Part shown: in pieces, positions 8,180 to 17,454 of the stretch
How the letters are laid out: each line of letters starts with the position of its first letter
How positions within the stretch are numbered: position 1 is the stretch's first letter
Source of the DNA: a virus
Virus genome (UHGV): UHGV-1354519
Reading direction: 5' to 3' (one strand)
DNA length: 41,558 bases
Notes under the pieces: generated by a model
Told to the model about the DNA's origin: nothing
What the model saw: the letters and a program-made list of their open reading frames with translations, nothing else
Databases searched by the model: none
Position numbers and translations under genes: made by a program

Positions 8180-8367
8180 TCCACATTCTCCTTACCCACA
8201 TATTTCTCCACAATATCTACTGCACAGGTCAAGCCATAAAGATAGCTTTCCAGCTCTTCTGCTGTTTTGCTCGCTCCATGTCTTTTCTTTTCTTCCTTCA
8301 GTGTTTCGTAGGCGTCATTTTTCATGGATTCGATTTCTTCCACGATCTTCTCTAATGCGTTCATCAC
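8176..8367 (-). CDS. hypothetical protein (N-terminus paralogous to 7847..8179)
   Basis: MMNALEKIVEEIE compared with MNVLEKILEEIE. Confidence 0.35.
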   Translation of the reverse strand: MMNALEKIVEEIESMKNDAYETLKEEKKRHGASKTAEELESYLYGLTCAVDIVEKYVGKENVE

Positions 8368-8774
8368 TCCACCTCCAACATCTCTTGATTGTCAAAAATA
8401 TTGCCAATGACTTCATTTGTGTTCGCTTCGAAAAATAAAGATCTATCTCCATTTATGCAGTATGTTCCATTTAAAAATTCAACGCGATTCAGTTTGTGTC
8501 CTAAAAGGTCATTCTCCCAAATCTTCTTACCATTCTTGTCGGTAAGTCCGGTGTACTGGCAGAGGGTGTTTATATCAATCTCATAAAAATCAATGCCAAC
8601 TACATTCCATTTGTCGCATGCTGTACCTTCATACGGTTTAACGATTATCCCGCCAATAAAATAATGTTTCGGTTCTGGCATTCCATCATCAAATAAATAT
8701 CCTTCAACCCACCATTCCTCTTTCGGAAGTTCTTTCCAGCTTTTTCTCTTTGCTTTAAAAAGGTCTCTATTCAT
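8364..8774 (-). CDS. YopX-family protein
   Basis: The signature CQYTGLTDKNGKKIWENDLL...EVIGNIFDNQEML is classic YopX. Start is taken at MNRDLF, with the RBS GGAGGAAAAGAAG. Confidence 0.7.
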   Translation of the reverse strand: MNRDLFKAKRKSWKELPKEEWWVEGYLFDDGMPEPKHYFIGGIIVKPYEGTACDKWNVVGIDFYEIDINTLCQYTGLTDKNGKKIWENDLLGHKLNRVEFLNGTYCINGDRSLFFEANTNEVIGNIFDNQEMLEVE

Positions 8775-9087
8775 CTTCTTTTCCTCCGTTCTGTCGCATC
8801 TGCTCAATGTAAATATCTGTAGCACACCTTACAATTTCCTGTTTCATCCCATCGTAATCAGTGCCTTTGTAAAAATTCTTGTCGCACGATCTTTTAATCA
8901 TATACAGGATATCTTCAAATGCTCGCTCTTCCACTTCATTGTCGTATTTCATACACTTTCCATCCTTGTACGCTACACATTTCTCTTTAATACACGGATG
9001 TAACACTGGTCTAACAAAATCTCCATTCCCAATAAGCATTGCTTTTACCTCTTCTTTTCCTGTTAAATCTGGACAAAATAAAATCAT
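8767..9087 (-). CDS. hypothetical protein
   Basis: 106 aa. ATGA coupling to the upstream small ORF. Confidence 0.4.
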   Translation of the reverse strand: MILFCPDLTGKEEVKAMLIGNGDFVRPVLHPCIKEKCVAYKDGKCMKYDNEVEERAFEDILYMIKRSCDKNFYKGTDYDGMKQEIVRCATDIYIEQMRQNGGKEDE

Positions 9088-9233
9088 TGCTCCTCCTCAT
9101 ATTCCGGACACTCCACACAATACTCATATCTGTCCTTATCTACACACTGTATATTACAAATATCGTTGTCCGGACATTCTATGCAGCAATAATCGTGTCC
9201 GCATATACTTGTTAATTTACATCTTCCCATCAT
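9084..9233 (-). CDS. 49-aa cysteine-rich peptide (10 Cys; MMGRCKLTSICGHDYCCIECPDNDICNIQCVDKDRYEYCVECPEYEEEQ)
   Basis: Below the track cutoff. Its stop overlaps the next start (ATGA) and its start overlaps the upstream stop. Confidence 0.4.
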   Translation of the reverse strand: MMGRCKLTSICGHDYCCIECPDNDICNIQCVDKDRYEYCVECPEYEEEQ

Positions 9234-9603
9234 GATATTCCTCGCTCCAATCTAATCTCTGGCCGCACTTCAGACAGCATTCGTGCTCTTCTGCATGTCC
9301 ATCAATAAAACATATTGACTCTCTGCAACTTGGGCAAACGAAATAACCTAATTCATAGTCTACTTCTTCTGGCTTTTTCGCCGTATCACGCTCTTTCAGT
9401 TCCTGCATCTGCTCCAGCAGCTTTGCGCAATTGTTATATTGGTTCAAAATATCGCACACAAACCGTCCCATCTTGCACTCTGCGCATTTATCTTCCAGTT
9501 GCTCTCCGCTTAGCTGGTTCGGATACTTACACAGGTTGTCGCAGATATGCTCCATCATTTCCGTTGTGATCCCGTCCATCCATGTTTCTTCTGTTTTTGG
9601 CAT
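9217..9603 (-). CDS. cysteine-rich hypothetical protein (multiple CxxC pairs)
   Basis: 128 aa. Contains CAECK, CPSCR and CCLKCG clusters. Confidence 0.4.
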   Translation of the reverse strand: MPKTEETWMDGITTEMMEHICDNLCKYPNQLSGEQLEDKCAECKMGRFVCDILNQYNNCAKLLEQMQELKERDTAKKPEEVDYELGYFVCPSCRESICFIDGHAEEHECCLKCGQRLDWSEEYHDGKM

Positions 9604-9606
9604 TAG

Positions 9607-10587
9607 TCATTCCTCCGCAATAAAGTCTTCCATGCTCATTTGCCCTGGTATGTTTTCGTCTTCCATCCACCAAAGAAATACCTCTTCCCCTGTCGTCCAC
9701 TTACATTCTTTTCCTCTTCGTTCACGTTCTTTCAACATCCTGTCGAAAGCATTTATATACAATTGCTTATACTTTGGAAAATCTGCAAACTCTTTGTAAC
9801 GCTTCTTGCCTGCCATCGGACATCCGATGCAACCAACACGGTCATATCCGCACTGGTACAGATCGCACGTCTCTATTTTCTCGGAATTTATATATCCCCA
9901 GATATCACTATGCGTCCAATCTATGATAGGATTTACAATCATTTTTTTCTGCTGCATACATAGCTCACTCATCCGTCTTCGTGCATCGTTATCCTCCATC
10001 AGCATTATCTTCGTAAATTTTTCTTTCTCTTTTTGGGTTTGTCCGAGCTTTTCAAACTCTTCCCTTTTCAATCTGGAAGTACTTTCGTCCCATCTTACTC
10101 CGGTTGCGATATACCGGTTTGCACATCCAGTTTCTTTCAGCGTAGAGCAACAGTATCTTACAATTCTTGTCGGCGGGATAAGCTTTTCTGGAATTAAGCT
10201 CCACATGCTAATCAATTTTCCTTTATAGCGTGGTTTTTCTATTTCGCACCTAATTCCATGCAGTTCCAGTTCTCGGAATACCTTCCGGATATGCCGAACT
10301 GTCTGTGGCGCATCTGCCGTTGTATGGCTGTTATGCACTTCAAACGGGATTCCGGATCGCTTAAAAATCTCTAACATCACATCACTATCTTTTCCTCCGC
10401 TGTATGTGCAAATAAGCGGTCTACCATAGTGATGCAGACTCATTTCACTTGCCATTTTAATTCTTTCGATTGCTTTTTTCTCTTTATCCATTTTCTCAGA
10501 AGCCCGGTATACCCTTGCCCCGGCCGGAGGCTGGCTCCTTTCTATTTTTCGCTTATTTTCTTCTTTTCCTCTCCGTGTTTTCCTCAT
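9607..10587 (-). CDS. PAPS-reductase-like PP-loop ATP pyrophosphatase family protein
   Basis: Has the PP-loop ICTYSGGKDS and the C-terminal cysteine cluster CGYDRVGCIGCP. The basic N-terminal ~32 aa may lie upstream of the true start. Confidence 0.7.
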   Translation of the reverse strand: MRKTRRGKEENKRKIERSQPPAGARVYRASEKMDKEKKAIERIKMASEMSLHHYGRPLICTYSGGKDSDVMLEIFKRSGIPFEVHNSHTTADAPQTVRHIRKVFRELELHGIRCEIEKPRYKGKLISMWSLIPEKLIPPTRIVRYCCSTLKETGCANRYIATGVRWDESTSRLKREEFEKLGQTQKEKEKFTKIMLMEDNDARRRMSELCMQQKKMIVNPIIDWTHSDIWGYINSEKIETCDLYQCGYDRVGCIGCPMAGKKRYKEFADFPKYKQLYINAFDRMLKERERRGKECKWTTGEEVFLWWMEDENIPGQMSMEDFIAEE

Positions 10588-10604
10588 CCATTAATCTTTT
10601 TCCC

Positions 10605-10967
10605 CTATCGCTTCGCCAACTCCCGAACCAGTTCATCATTTCCTTTTTTCGTAAGGCCTTCATTACATGTGCAATCCGGATATACACAGCGGAAACAATC
10701 CGGATATTTACAGAGCGGCTTTGAAATTTTCGTTCGATTCATTTCCAGTTTTCTCTTGGTCTCTAGCAGATCCGGTACCTGGACCTGTCTTCTGCTGCCC
10801 GCTTCCGCAAACCAGATCAATCCCGATCTCTCCAGATATGCCCGAAAACAAATCTCATTTTTCTCAATCTGGAACATAACTTTCATGTACACCCACACCT
10901 CATGCACATCCATCCCGTCAAATAAAAGTTCCTGTATCCTGGATGCGTATTTCTCGTAACCTTCCAC
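10605..10967 (-). CDS. hypothetical protein
   Basis: 120 aa. Confidence 0.35.
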   Translation of the reverse strand: MEGYEKYASRIQELLFDGMDVHEVWVYMKVMFQIEKNEICFRAYLERSGLIWFAEAGSRRQVQVPDLLETKRKLEMNRTKISKPLCKYPDCFRCVYPDCTCNEGLTKKGNDELVRELAKR

Positions 10968-11554
10968 TACTCAATCACTTCCATTTCTCTTATTGAGACT
11001 TCATAAGCTGTTCTCTCGCTGTCGCCTTTTACATAAATCCTGCTCTGTATCATTCCCATGGCTCTCACTTTTGTTCCGACTGGAAGCCCTGCTGCCAGCC
11101 TTGCGTTCGAATACCAGCAAATTGCCGGGAGATAATCACTTTTTCTGTGTTTCCTGTTCACTGCAATTAAAATATCCGTGATTTCTTTTCCGAGTGGTGT
11201 CTCTCGATAGAGCGGCTGTTTACAGATATATCCAATCAGATCAATTCTGTTTTGATCCGCTTCACCAGCTTCGCTGATTCCTTTTACAAATACATACAAT
11301 TTCAAATGATTTCTTTCTCCATCCTTTTCATTGTATGATCGGTATTCTCCAAAGAGCGTGATTCTGCCTCCTACATGATCCCAGATCTCTCCTGCCAGTT
11401 CTTCCGGTACCTGGATCGGTATCACATCCAGCACTCCGCTAGTCCGCATAATTTCTATAACCGATGTATAAATTTTCCTGCCGCCCCTTGCAGTCAGCAA
11501 ATATGTTGGTTCCTCTACGATTTTTCCTGTGATCTTTACGTTGTTCTCTTCCAT
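10967..11554 (-). CDS. hypothetical protein (possibly tandem OB-fold/SSB-like)
   Basis: 195 aa. Two repeated beta-rich halves; weak resemblance only. Confidence 0.35.
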   Translation of the reverse strand: MEENNVKITGKIVEEPTYLLTARGGRKIYTSVIEIMRTSGVLDVIPIQVPEELAGEIWDHVGGRITLFGEYRSYNEKDGERNHLKLYVFVKGISEAGEADQNRIDLIGYICKQPLYRETPLGKEITDILIAVNRKHRKSDYLPAICWYSNARLAAGLPVGTKVRAMGMIQSRIYVKGDSERTAYEVSIREMEVIE

Positions 11555-11557
11555 CTT

Positions 11558-12121
11558 CTACTCCATTTCCAGCCCGGCTAATGCTTTTAAAATCTTCCCG
11601 CCATTGCTCTCTTCATCTGCCGGTGTTTTTACAGTCAATAACATTCCAGTCTCATTTACCCACAGGACGAAATATCCCATTCCCATAGGTCCTGTCGGAA
11701 AGTCTTCATACTCACCTGTTTCGGATAGGCTTACCAATTCCAGAATTTGATCTGGTATGTAACTCATCTCTTTTGTCTCTACATTCTGTAACACTGCCAT
11801 TCCCCTGTATTTGATTTCTGTATCCTCATACCGGTCTCTGGCTGATAACCATTTCTTGTATTCCCACTCATCCCTTACTTTTAGTTCATACTGCTTTTCT
11901 CCTTTTTCATAGGCTCTGTATACTTCGCCCTCTTCCGGAAGATCCCCCACAAGTTCAATGACTGCTGCCTTATTCTTGCTTGTAAAGTCCTTCTCATATA
12001 CAAATAATATCCAATAGGCTCCCTGTATGAAGTACATTTCCTCTTTCTTTCCTACAGTGAGTCCTGCACCTTTCCATGCATCCTTCAATATTCTCTTAAA
12101 TATGCTCGTCTTAATAAACAT
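11558..12121 (-). CDS. hypothetical protein
   Basis: 187 aa. Confidence 0.4.
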   Translation of the reverse strand: MFIKTSIFKRILKDAWKGAGLTVGKKEEMYFIQGAYWILFVYEKDFTSKNKAAVIELVGDLPEEGEVYRAYEKGEKQYELKVRDEWEYKKWLSARDRYEDTEIKYRGMAVLQNVETKEMSYIPDQILELVSLSETGEYEDFPTGPMGMGYFVLWVNETGMLLTVKTPADEESNGGKILKALAGLEME

Positions 12122-12227
12122 GATGCTCCTTTCCTCTCCCAGAGTTATCTGGGAGATAATGTAATGGCTTACGACAGGTTTTGTGACGTACCTGCTGTTG
12201 TATCTTCACGGCACTTGGCCGGAGATG

Positions 12228-12665
12228 CTATAAAAATTGGAATCCTGGATGTCCTTCTTTCTGCTTTTCATTTTGCGGTTCTTTCATCAACTCTTGCTGA
12301 TCCAGATAATTTTTCTTGCTGATCTTCATCCAGTCTTTCCGTGTGTGTGACTTTTCATATTCCCTCTGTGCGATCTCGCAAAGCAGTTCTCTTGTCTTTC
12401 TGCAATTATGTACAGCTTCTTTCCCGCTTTTATGGTGCGGTTCACACAAATACACTTTCAATCCCTCGGCTTCCGATAGAATTCTCATCCCGGATCCAAA
12501 CAATACATGGTGTTCCTCGGTATACTGCTGCCGATAGTCTCCATACAGATTGGCACAGAGATAGCACACGCCCTTTTCTGTGTTCAAAATGCTTTTCGGA
12601 TGGCTGATTCTCTTTTTCTTCTTTTTCGGCTTAGGAAACGCCATATCACTATAATCAATACTCAT
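12228..12665 (-). CDS. putative zinc-binding HNH-like nuclease
   Basis: Has the CYLC...EEHHV...CEPHH pattern. Start is taken at MSIDYS, in ATGA coupling with the upstream stop. Confidence 0.3.
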   Translation of the reverse strand: MSIDYSDMAFPKPKKKKKRISHPKSILNTEKGVCYLCANLYGDYRQQYTEEHHVLFGSGMRILSEAEGLKVYLCEPHHKSGKEAVHNCRKTRELLCEIAQREYEKSHTRKDWMKISKKNYLDQQELMKEPQNEKQKEGHPGFQFL

Positions 12666-13810
12666 AAAGTAATCACTTTCTTTTTCCAGTTGTCCCATCC
12701 GCCTTTTGGCCAGGCAAATTCTTTCTTCAGAAGCTGCATGATTTTCTCCGGATCCCCGGATTTTAAGATGTCTTCTATGACTTCTCCTTCCTGGACCACC
12801 TCTTCTGTGATCTCATGTACCTGTTTTTCTTCTTCCGGAAGATTCATAACCGGAGCATCTGGCATCAGTTCCGGATAATCTTCCACTTCCATCTGTCCTG
12901 GAATCTGTTCTTCTGTTTCTTTTGGCTCTTCCAAAGTTTCCTGTGCTTTTGCAGGTTCTGCCTTTTTCTTTAATGGTTCCGTCTTTAAGACTTCCCTCTC
13001 TTTCTTTTCTCTCAGCGGCATCTGATAAACTCTTTCATAGGCTTCTGAATCAGAAGTCTTCCTGCCTTCCGGATAAAAGGTCTGTTCAAATGTTTTGGCC
13101 AACTCCAGATAGCTGATCTCTTCTGGTTCTCCCCTGCCGTTGTATGGCATGATCCGAATCTGAAATTCACTGAATAGTGCATTTGCTGATGGCATTTGCA
13201 ACATTCGGAATTTTGTTGGAGCTACAATTCCCATGATCTCCCGGTTAATCGTACTTTCTCCTTTTGGCTCGTCTTCCCATATCCATTTAGCCATTTTTTC
13301 AAAGCAGCCTTTTCCCTCTCCTTTGAAAAATTCATACACTAACGTTTCCGTCCAGCTTCCATGGTGTTCTTCTGGTGCGATGTCGCACAGGCTCATCTGC
13401 GGCGAATAACGATCTTCTGTTTCCCGGATGACTTCTTTTACCTCCCGGATTTCCCGTACCGTGGCATCTCTTGGTACCACTTCCCGCACTTCTTCCGGCA
13501 GTGCCAACATTTCAGACAGCTTACTGCTGCCATATCCCCGGTATTTCTCCTGAATTTCCGGGCTGTTCCCATCAATACTGTATGTATCATTGATCTGCAT
13601 GAACCGAATTGCCCACGTCCTGCTGATATTGAAGGTTTCCTTTGCAAACTCAAAAACATCTGCATACCCCTTCTCTTTATAAAACTCTGCATCTCTGGTC
13701 TTTTTTAAGAGATACCCGACTTTAATGTATCCCTCTGCTATATGTTCCAGTTCTTTTCGTAATGCAATTTCTACTCCCTGCAGTGTACTGATTGTCTGTA
13801 ATTCCTCCAT
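12662..13810 (-). CDS. hypothetical protein with acidic C-terminal half
   Basis: 382 aa. Confidence 0.45.
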   Translation of the reverse strand: MEELQTISTLQGVEIALRKELEHIAEGYIKVGYLLKKTRDAEFYKEKGYADVFEFAKETFNISRTWAIRFMQINDTYSIDGNSPEIQEKYRGYGSSKLSEMLALPEEVREVVPRDATVREIREVKEVIRETEDRYSPQMSLCDIAPEEHHGSWTETLVYEFFKGEGKGCFEKMAKWIWEDEPKGESTINREIMGIVAPTKFRMLQMPSANALFSEFQIRIMPYNGRGEPEEISYLELAKTFEQTFYPEGRKTSDSEAYERVYQMPLREKKEREVLKTEPLKKKAEPAKAQETLEEPKETEEQIPGQMEVEDYPELMPDAPVMNLPEEEKQVHEITEEVVQEGEVIEDILKSGDPEKIMQLLKKEFAWPKGGWDNWKKKVITL

Positions 13811-15775
13811 CTATCCTGCTTTCCTTTCTGTGCTCCTGAGCTTCTTTTTTTGGAACAGCTCGACAAATTCTTTCACTTCCTCTGTCATAGGTCCGTTATA
13901 TTTTGCCCTGCACTGTATCATGGCTCCATTGTTTACCTCCATCGTGTAAAACGGTGTTTCCGGATTCTGCTTCTTTCGCAGGAACAGAATCGTTGTCTCC
14001 CCTTTGGCCACCCGGTCAATATACGTGGCAACGCAATGATGCATGGCATTTCCCTCCTGCCGGATTTCATGGATCCGTTTCGGAAGCCTCAATAAAAATT
14101 GTTCTGTTTCCATTTCCAGATAGCTGTCCCGTTTTCTGTATTGCTCGTACTTTTTGTCTTTTTTATTGTCCAAATCTTCTTTGGCTTTTATTTCTCGTTC
14201 TCTGCTCTCTTCAATCAACTCTTCATGACGCTGCTTCAAATTCTTCGGGAATAAGATCCACGGCTCTCGCATGTTGTACCCCAGTTCCTCTGCCATCTTC
14301 AGATAATCGTGATAATCCACGGCTTGTCTCTCATCTTCTCCTAACACTTCTTTGATGTACCGTTCCATCTTGTGAATGGTGGTATACCGGATATACCTGG
14401 TGAAATTCCTCGGAAACCTTGCAAAAAACTGAACCTGCTGCCATGTTGGATGCAATCCCTTTTCCTGCATTTTATAAGTGGTGTTGTATTCCCTTGTGCT
14501 TGGATTCTTTCCAGCCAACAGCTGGTAGTATTCCCCGTTTAGCCCCAGTATCTTTTTACAAGACCTCTCTTTCTTCTTTAAGTTTCCTGTGTTGTACCCC
14601 TGCATTTTTTCTTTGACAATTCTGTAAAACCCACACTTTACCAGCTGTTCGATTCCAGGCATATGCCGGTATCCCTCCAGATATTGATCCAAATACATTT
14701 TTTCCCGATATTTCCCATGTTTCACAAAATATTCCATTGCAGAATACTGAAACGGTGTTCCTTTTAAGATCTGTTTGAGATTCCGGTTATATAGGACCGC
14801 TTCATTTTCTACCACTTTCGCATAATACCGGCCCACCCTGTAACACCATCGAACCCAGTCTGTCTGCTTATACTGTTCATATTCAAATTCATGAATCTTT
14901 TTTAAATTCCGGTCATACGTGATCCGTATCAGCTCCCAGTACCCGCCATCTCCCTTTTGTCCATTCCTGAATTTCCGATAGCACTCAAAATATCGGTATA
15001 CATATCCCTCTTTTGTTTTCTGCAGGAGCCCTGCATACCCTCTTGCATTGACATTTCCGCCTTTCTTTCGGCTTCTGTAGGTAACAGGATGCTTGCAGGA
15101 TGGGCATTCTCCCGCGTCTCCATAGTGTGGATTCCGGATTTTCACTTCTCTTCCACAATGTGTGCAATGCCCTTTTGTTACTTTTCTTCCGGCATCATAA
15201 AACAAGTACTGGGGAAGGACTTCCCTGTCTACAAAATCATCAAAATCTTTCGGCAGTTCCGGCACCAGCGCCATCTCAGAATCAATTTCATCAATCTCTT
15301 TTCGTCCTTTACTATAGCTTTGCCATCTTGCGATTGCTGCACGTGGCTCTTCCTTCCCGTTGTGACAAAATTCTGTGATCCGTTTTCGGTCCCCTTCTCG
15401 TATCCATACTTTTCCACTACTGTACCAGTATCCTTCTTCTATCTCTCCCCATCCTTCCCAATAACTTAAGTTATCTATTTTTGCCGTTCTCCACTTCTCA
15501 CACAGATTGTCGTAAGTGTAGTACTTGTTTTCTCCCAAAAGGAATACCCGGTATTTTGGATATCTTGTGTCATTCAGGATCATATCTCTTGTAAATACAT
15601 CGATCTCTAAAACCGTGCCTGTCTTCTTCGCACGATAGAACCAATAATATGTTGCGCTCCACACAGGCGCTCTTCCACATCTTAGTACCTGATGTCCTTG
15701 ATCTTCCCCGACTGTCTTTCGCATCGTTTCCGTTACTTTTAACTCTGGAAGCTTTAATAACTCTCCTCGTCTCAT
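13811..15775 (-). CDS. PcfJ-like protein
   Basis: The C-terminal RQEGNAMHHCVATYIDRVAKGETTILFLR matches the PcfJ signature. The track ORF extends to 15901; the Met at 15775 gives ATGA coupling with the upstream gene. Confidence 0.6.
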   Translation of the reverse strand: MRRGELLKLPELKVTETMRKTVGEDQGHQVLRCGRAPVWSATYYWFYRAKKTGTVLEIDVFTRDMILNDTRYPKYRVFLLGENKYYTYDNLCEKWRTAKIDNLSYWEGWGEIEEGYWYSSGKVWIREGDRKRITEFCHNGKEEPRAAIARWQSYSKGRKEIDEIDSEMALVPELPKDFDDFVDREVLPQYLFYDAGRKVTKGHCTHCGREVKIRNPHYGDAGECPSCKHPVTYRSRKKGGNVNARGYAGLLQKTKEGYVYRYFECYRKFRNGQKGDGGYWELIRITYDRNLKKIHEFEYEQYKQTDWVRWCYRVGRYYAKVVENEAVLYNRNLKQILKGTPFQYSAMEYFVKHGKYREKMYLDQYLEGYRHMPGIEQLVKCGFYRIVKEKMQGYNTGNLKKKERSCKKILGLNGEYYQLLAGKNPSTREYNTTYKMQEKGLHPTWQQVQFFARFPRNFTRYIRYTTIHKMERYIKEVLGEDERQAVDYHDYLKMAEELGYNMREPWILFPKNLKQRHEELIEESREREIKAKEDLDNKKDKKYEQYRKRDSYLEMETEQFLLRLPKRIHEIRQEGNAMHHCVATYIDRVAKGETTILFLRKKQNPETPFYTMEVNNGAMIQCRAKYNGPMTEEVKEFVELFQKKKLRSTERKAG

Positions 15776-16227
15776 TTCTCCGCCTCCAGATAGTATTCTT
15801 CTGCCATGGCAAATACTTCCAGATCCGGCATTGCCACCATTTGTGCCCCTCTTCTTTCTTTGACTCTTTTTTCCGCTTCTTTTCGGATATTCTGCAGACA
15901 TTCTTTGAGTGTCCGGTTCTTTCTTCTTACCGCTCTGGCCAGAATTTCTTTTTCAAAACATCTCATAGACAGATACGACACGATCTCTCCTGCCGGCATC
16001 CCGTCTGTTTCCTCCTTTAACTCAACCTGCAGCTTTCCGATGGCCGCATTTACTGAATCTACCAGTTCTTCTGACAGATGCTGCTCATATACTTCCCGGA
16101 TTCCATCTGGAATCCCGTTTTCCTCTGCCAGCACTTTTAAATGCTCCAGATCCTGCTCCTCCAAAAGTCCTTTTGCACATGCATTTAATTCTTCTACGGA
16201 ATCAAAATTCCCAAATACATCAAACAT
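15772..16227 (-). CDS. PcfK-like protein (tentative)
   Basis: 151 aa, acidic. It sits immediately upstream of the PcfJ-like gene, as in the pCF10 pcfK-pcfJ pair. Confidence 0.35.
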   Translation of the reverse strand: MFDVFGNFDSVEELNACAKGLLEEQDLEHLKVLAEENGIPDGIREVYEQHLSEELVDSVNAAIGKLQVELKEETDGMPAGEIVSYLSMRCFEKEILARAVRRKNRTLKECLQNIRKEAEKRVKERRGAQMVAMPDLEVFAMAEEYYLEAEK

Positions 16228-16657
16228 GCTGTTTTTCCTCCAGTAATCCCTCTAATTTTTCCACGTAATCGTGATGTTTACTAAATCTGACAGCTATTTC
16301 ATGCCGCTCTGACAACGTCTGATACTGCTGCCACAATTCCTGGTTCTTCACCTCTTCCCCGGACGGTTTTCTCCATTCCGCCCGCTTCCACTGCTCCGGC
16401 TTCCCGTTTTCGATCATGTTCTTGATAAAAATACAGTCCGTATACAGGGTCGCATTGCACGGCGCATTTAGTATTTTCAAGGATTTCACAATTCCAAGCA
16501 GCACCAGGCGATAATAGGTCGTCTCCTGTTCTTCCCCGCAAATTCCTTTGACCGCCGGTCCTTTGCTTGTCTGACATTCCATTGCGGCCGCCCATCTTCC
16601 ATCTTTGATACATGGACCTGTCAGACTTGTCCTTATGTAAATATTTACCTCTTTCAT
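16220..16657 (-). CDS. RNase HI-like protein lacking two catalytic carboxylates (probable pseudo-nuclease)
   Basis: It aligns by eye to E. coli RNase HI. IYIRTS aligns to IFTDGS (D10 to R). TTYYRLVLL aligns to TTNNRMELM (E48 to V). D70 is kept (LYTDC). The WK...LWQ and H..V..KHH blocks are conserved. Confidence 0.55.
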   Translation of the reverse strand: MKEVNIYIRTSLTGPCIKDGRWAAAMECQTSKGPAVKGICGEEQETTYYRLVLLGIVKSLKILNAPCNATLYTDCIFIKNMIENGKPEQWKRAEWRKPSGEEVKNQELWQQYQTLSERHEIAVRFSKHHDYVEKLEGLLEEKQHV

Positions 16658-16658
16658 A

Positions 16659-17381
16659 TCAAATTCTCCTGTTCAAACGGATCAGGATGTATCTTCGGTA
16701 TTTATATCCTGTTACCGGATTGATTCCCTCATGGTACGTCTCTTTATCTAGGTAGTATCCTTTTGGTGGCTTCGGCTCATCTTTCCATGTTTTCCTTTTG
16801 TAAATCTTCACTTCTGCCACCGGAATCTTTAAATTCCTGCTACAGGAGTACCGGCTCTCTTTCAGCTTGTTTTCTTCATCCGGCGTTTTACTTAAATACT
16901 CAGCCAGTTTCCGCAAGCCTCCCTCGTCATACAACAGATCGATGTGGACGCCTCCCTTTTCCCATGCTCTGCGCATGATCAGATCTGCATCCGGAATCCG
17001 GTTGATGACCAGATGGTGATGGACCCCTCCCCGACTTCCAATCTCGGTATGCAGCATCCATTTCAACTCCACTTCCTGTTTTTTGTATTGTGTGCGTACT
17101 TTCTGAATCCACTTTCGGATGTCTTTGGCCGCTTCTTTCATGTCCTGTGGCCGGTTCTCCAATTTATAAGTTAATGTCACCCAGTAGTCATTCTCCCGGA
17201 AATTCAGCTTCATCTTTCTCCAGCACTGCCGTTCTTTATTCCACTGATTCGTCTTCCTGATCTGCTCCGGTGTGGCTTTCTTCTTTTTCATTCTCGGCAT
17301 TCCCGGAGCACCATATCTCCCGTTGTGATACTCCATCACTTCTCTGATGTCTCCCAGGTCATAACTCTTTTGTTTATACAT
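16659..17381 (-). CDS. rep: rolling-circle replication initiator (HUH endonuclease, Rep_1/pC194-like)
   Basis: Motif 1 WVTLTY, motif 2 GVHHHLVI (HUH) and motif 3 LAEYLSK (YxxK). RBS AGGAG. Confidence 0.6.
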   Translation of the reverse strand: MYKQKSYDLGDIREVMEYHNGRYGAPGMPRMKKKKATPEQIRKTNQWNKERQCWRKMKLNFRENDYWVTLTYKLENRPQDMKEAAKDIRKWIQKVRTQYKKQEVELKWMLHTEIGSRGGVHHHLVINRIPDADLIMRRAWEKGGVHIDLLYDEGGLRKLAEYLSKTPDEENKLKESRYSCSRNLKIPVAEVKIYKRKTWKDEPKPPKGYYLDKETYHEGINPVTGYKYRRYILIRLNRRI

Positions 17382-17409
17382 CCTGTTTTGCTCCTAAGTT
17401 TAATATACT

Positions 17410-17416
17410 TATCAAG
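17410..17416 (-). promoter_or_regulatory. candidate double-strand-origin nick motif CTTGATA (pC194/pUB110-type)
   Basis: The minus strand reads TTCACTTGATAAGTATAT 29 bp upstream of the rep ATG. The pUB110 nick region is CTTGATACATATA. Confidence 0.35.
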
Positions 17417-17454
17417 TGAAAAACGGGAGCTTTTCGCTCTCATTTTCTTTGACA

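Noticed and set aside
5347-13390. Exact 16-nt repeat GTGCGATGTCGCACAG at 5347-5362 (next to tRNA-Arg) and 13375-13390 (inside a coding region), itself an imperfect palindrome
   Set aside because: A single same-strand 16-mer recurrence in about 41.6 kb has a chance expectation of a few tenths. One copy is inside a coding region, encoding LCDIAP. There is no further support for a functional site.
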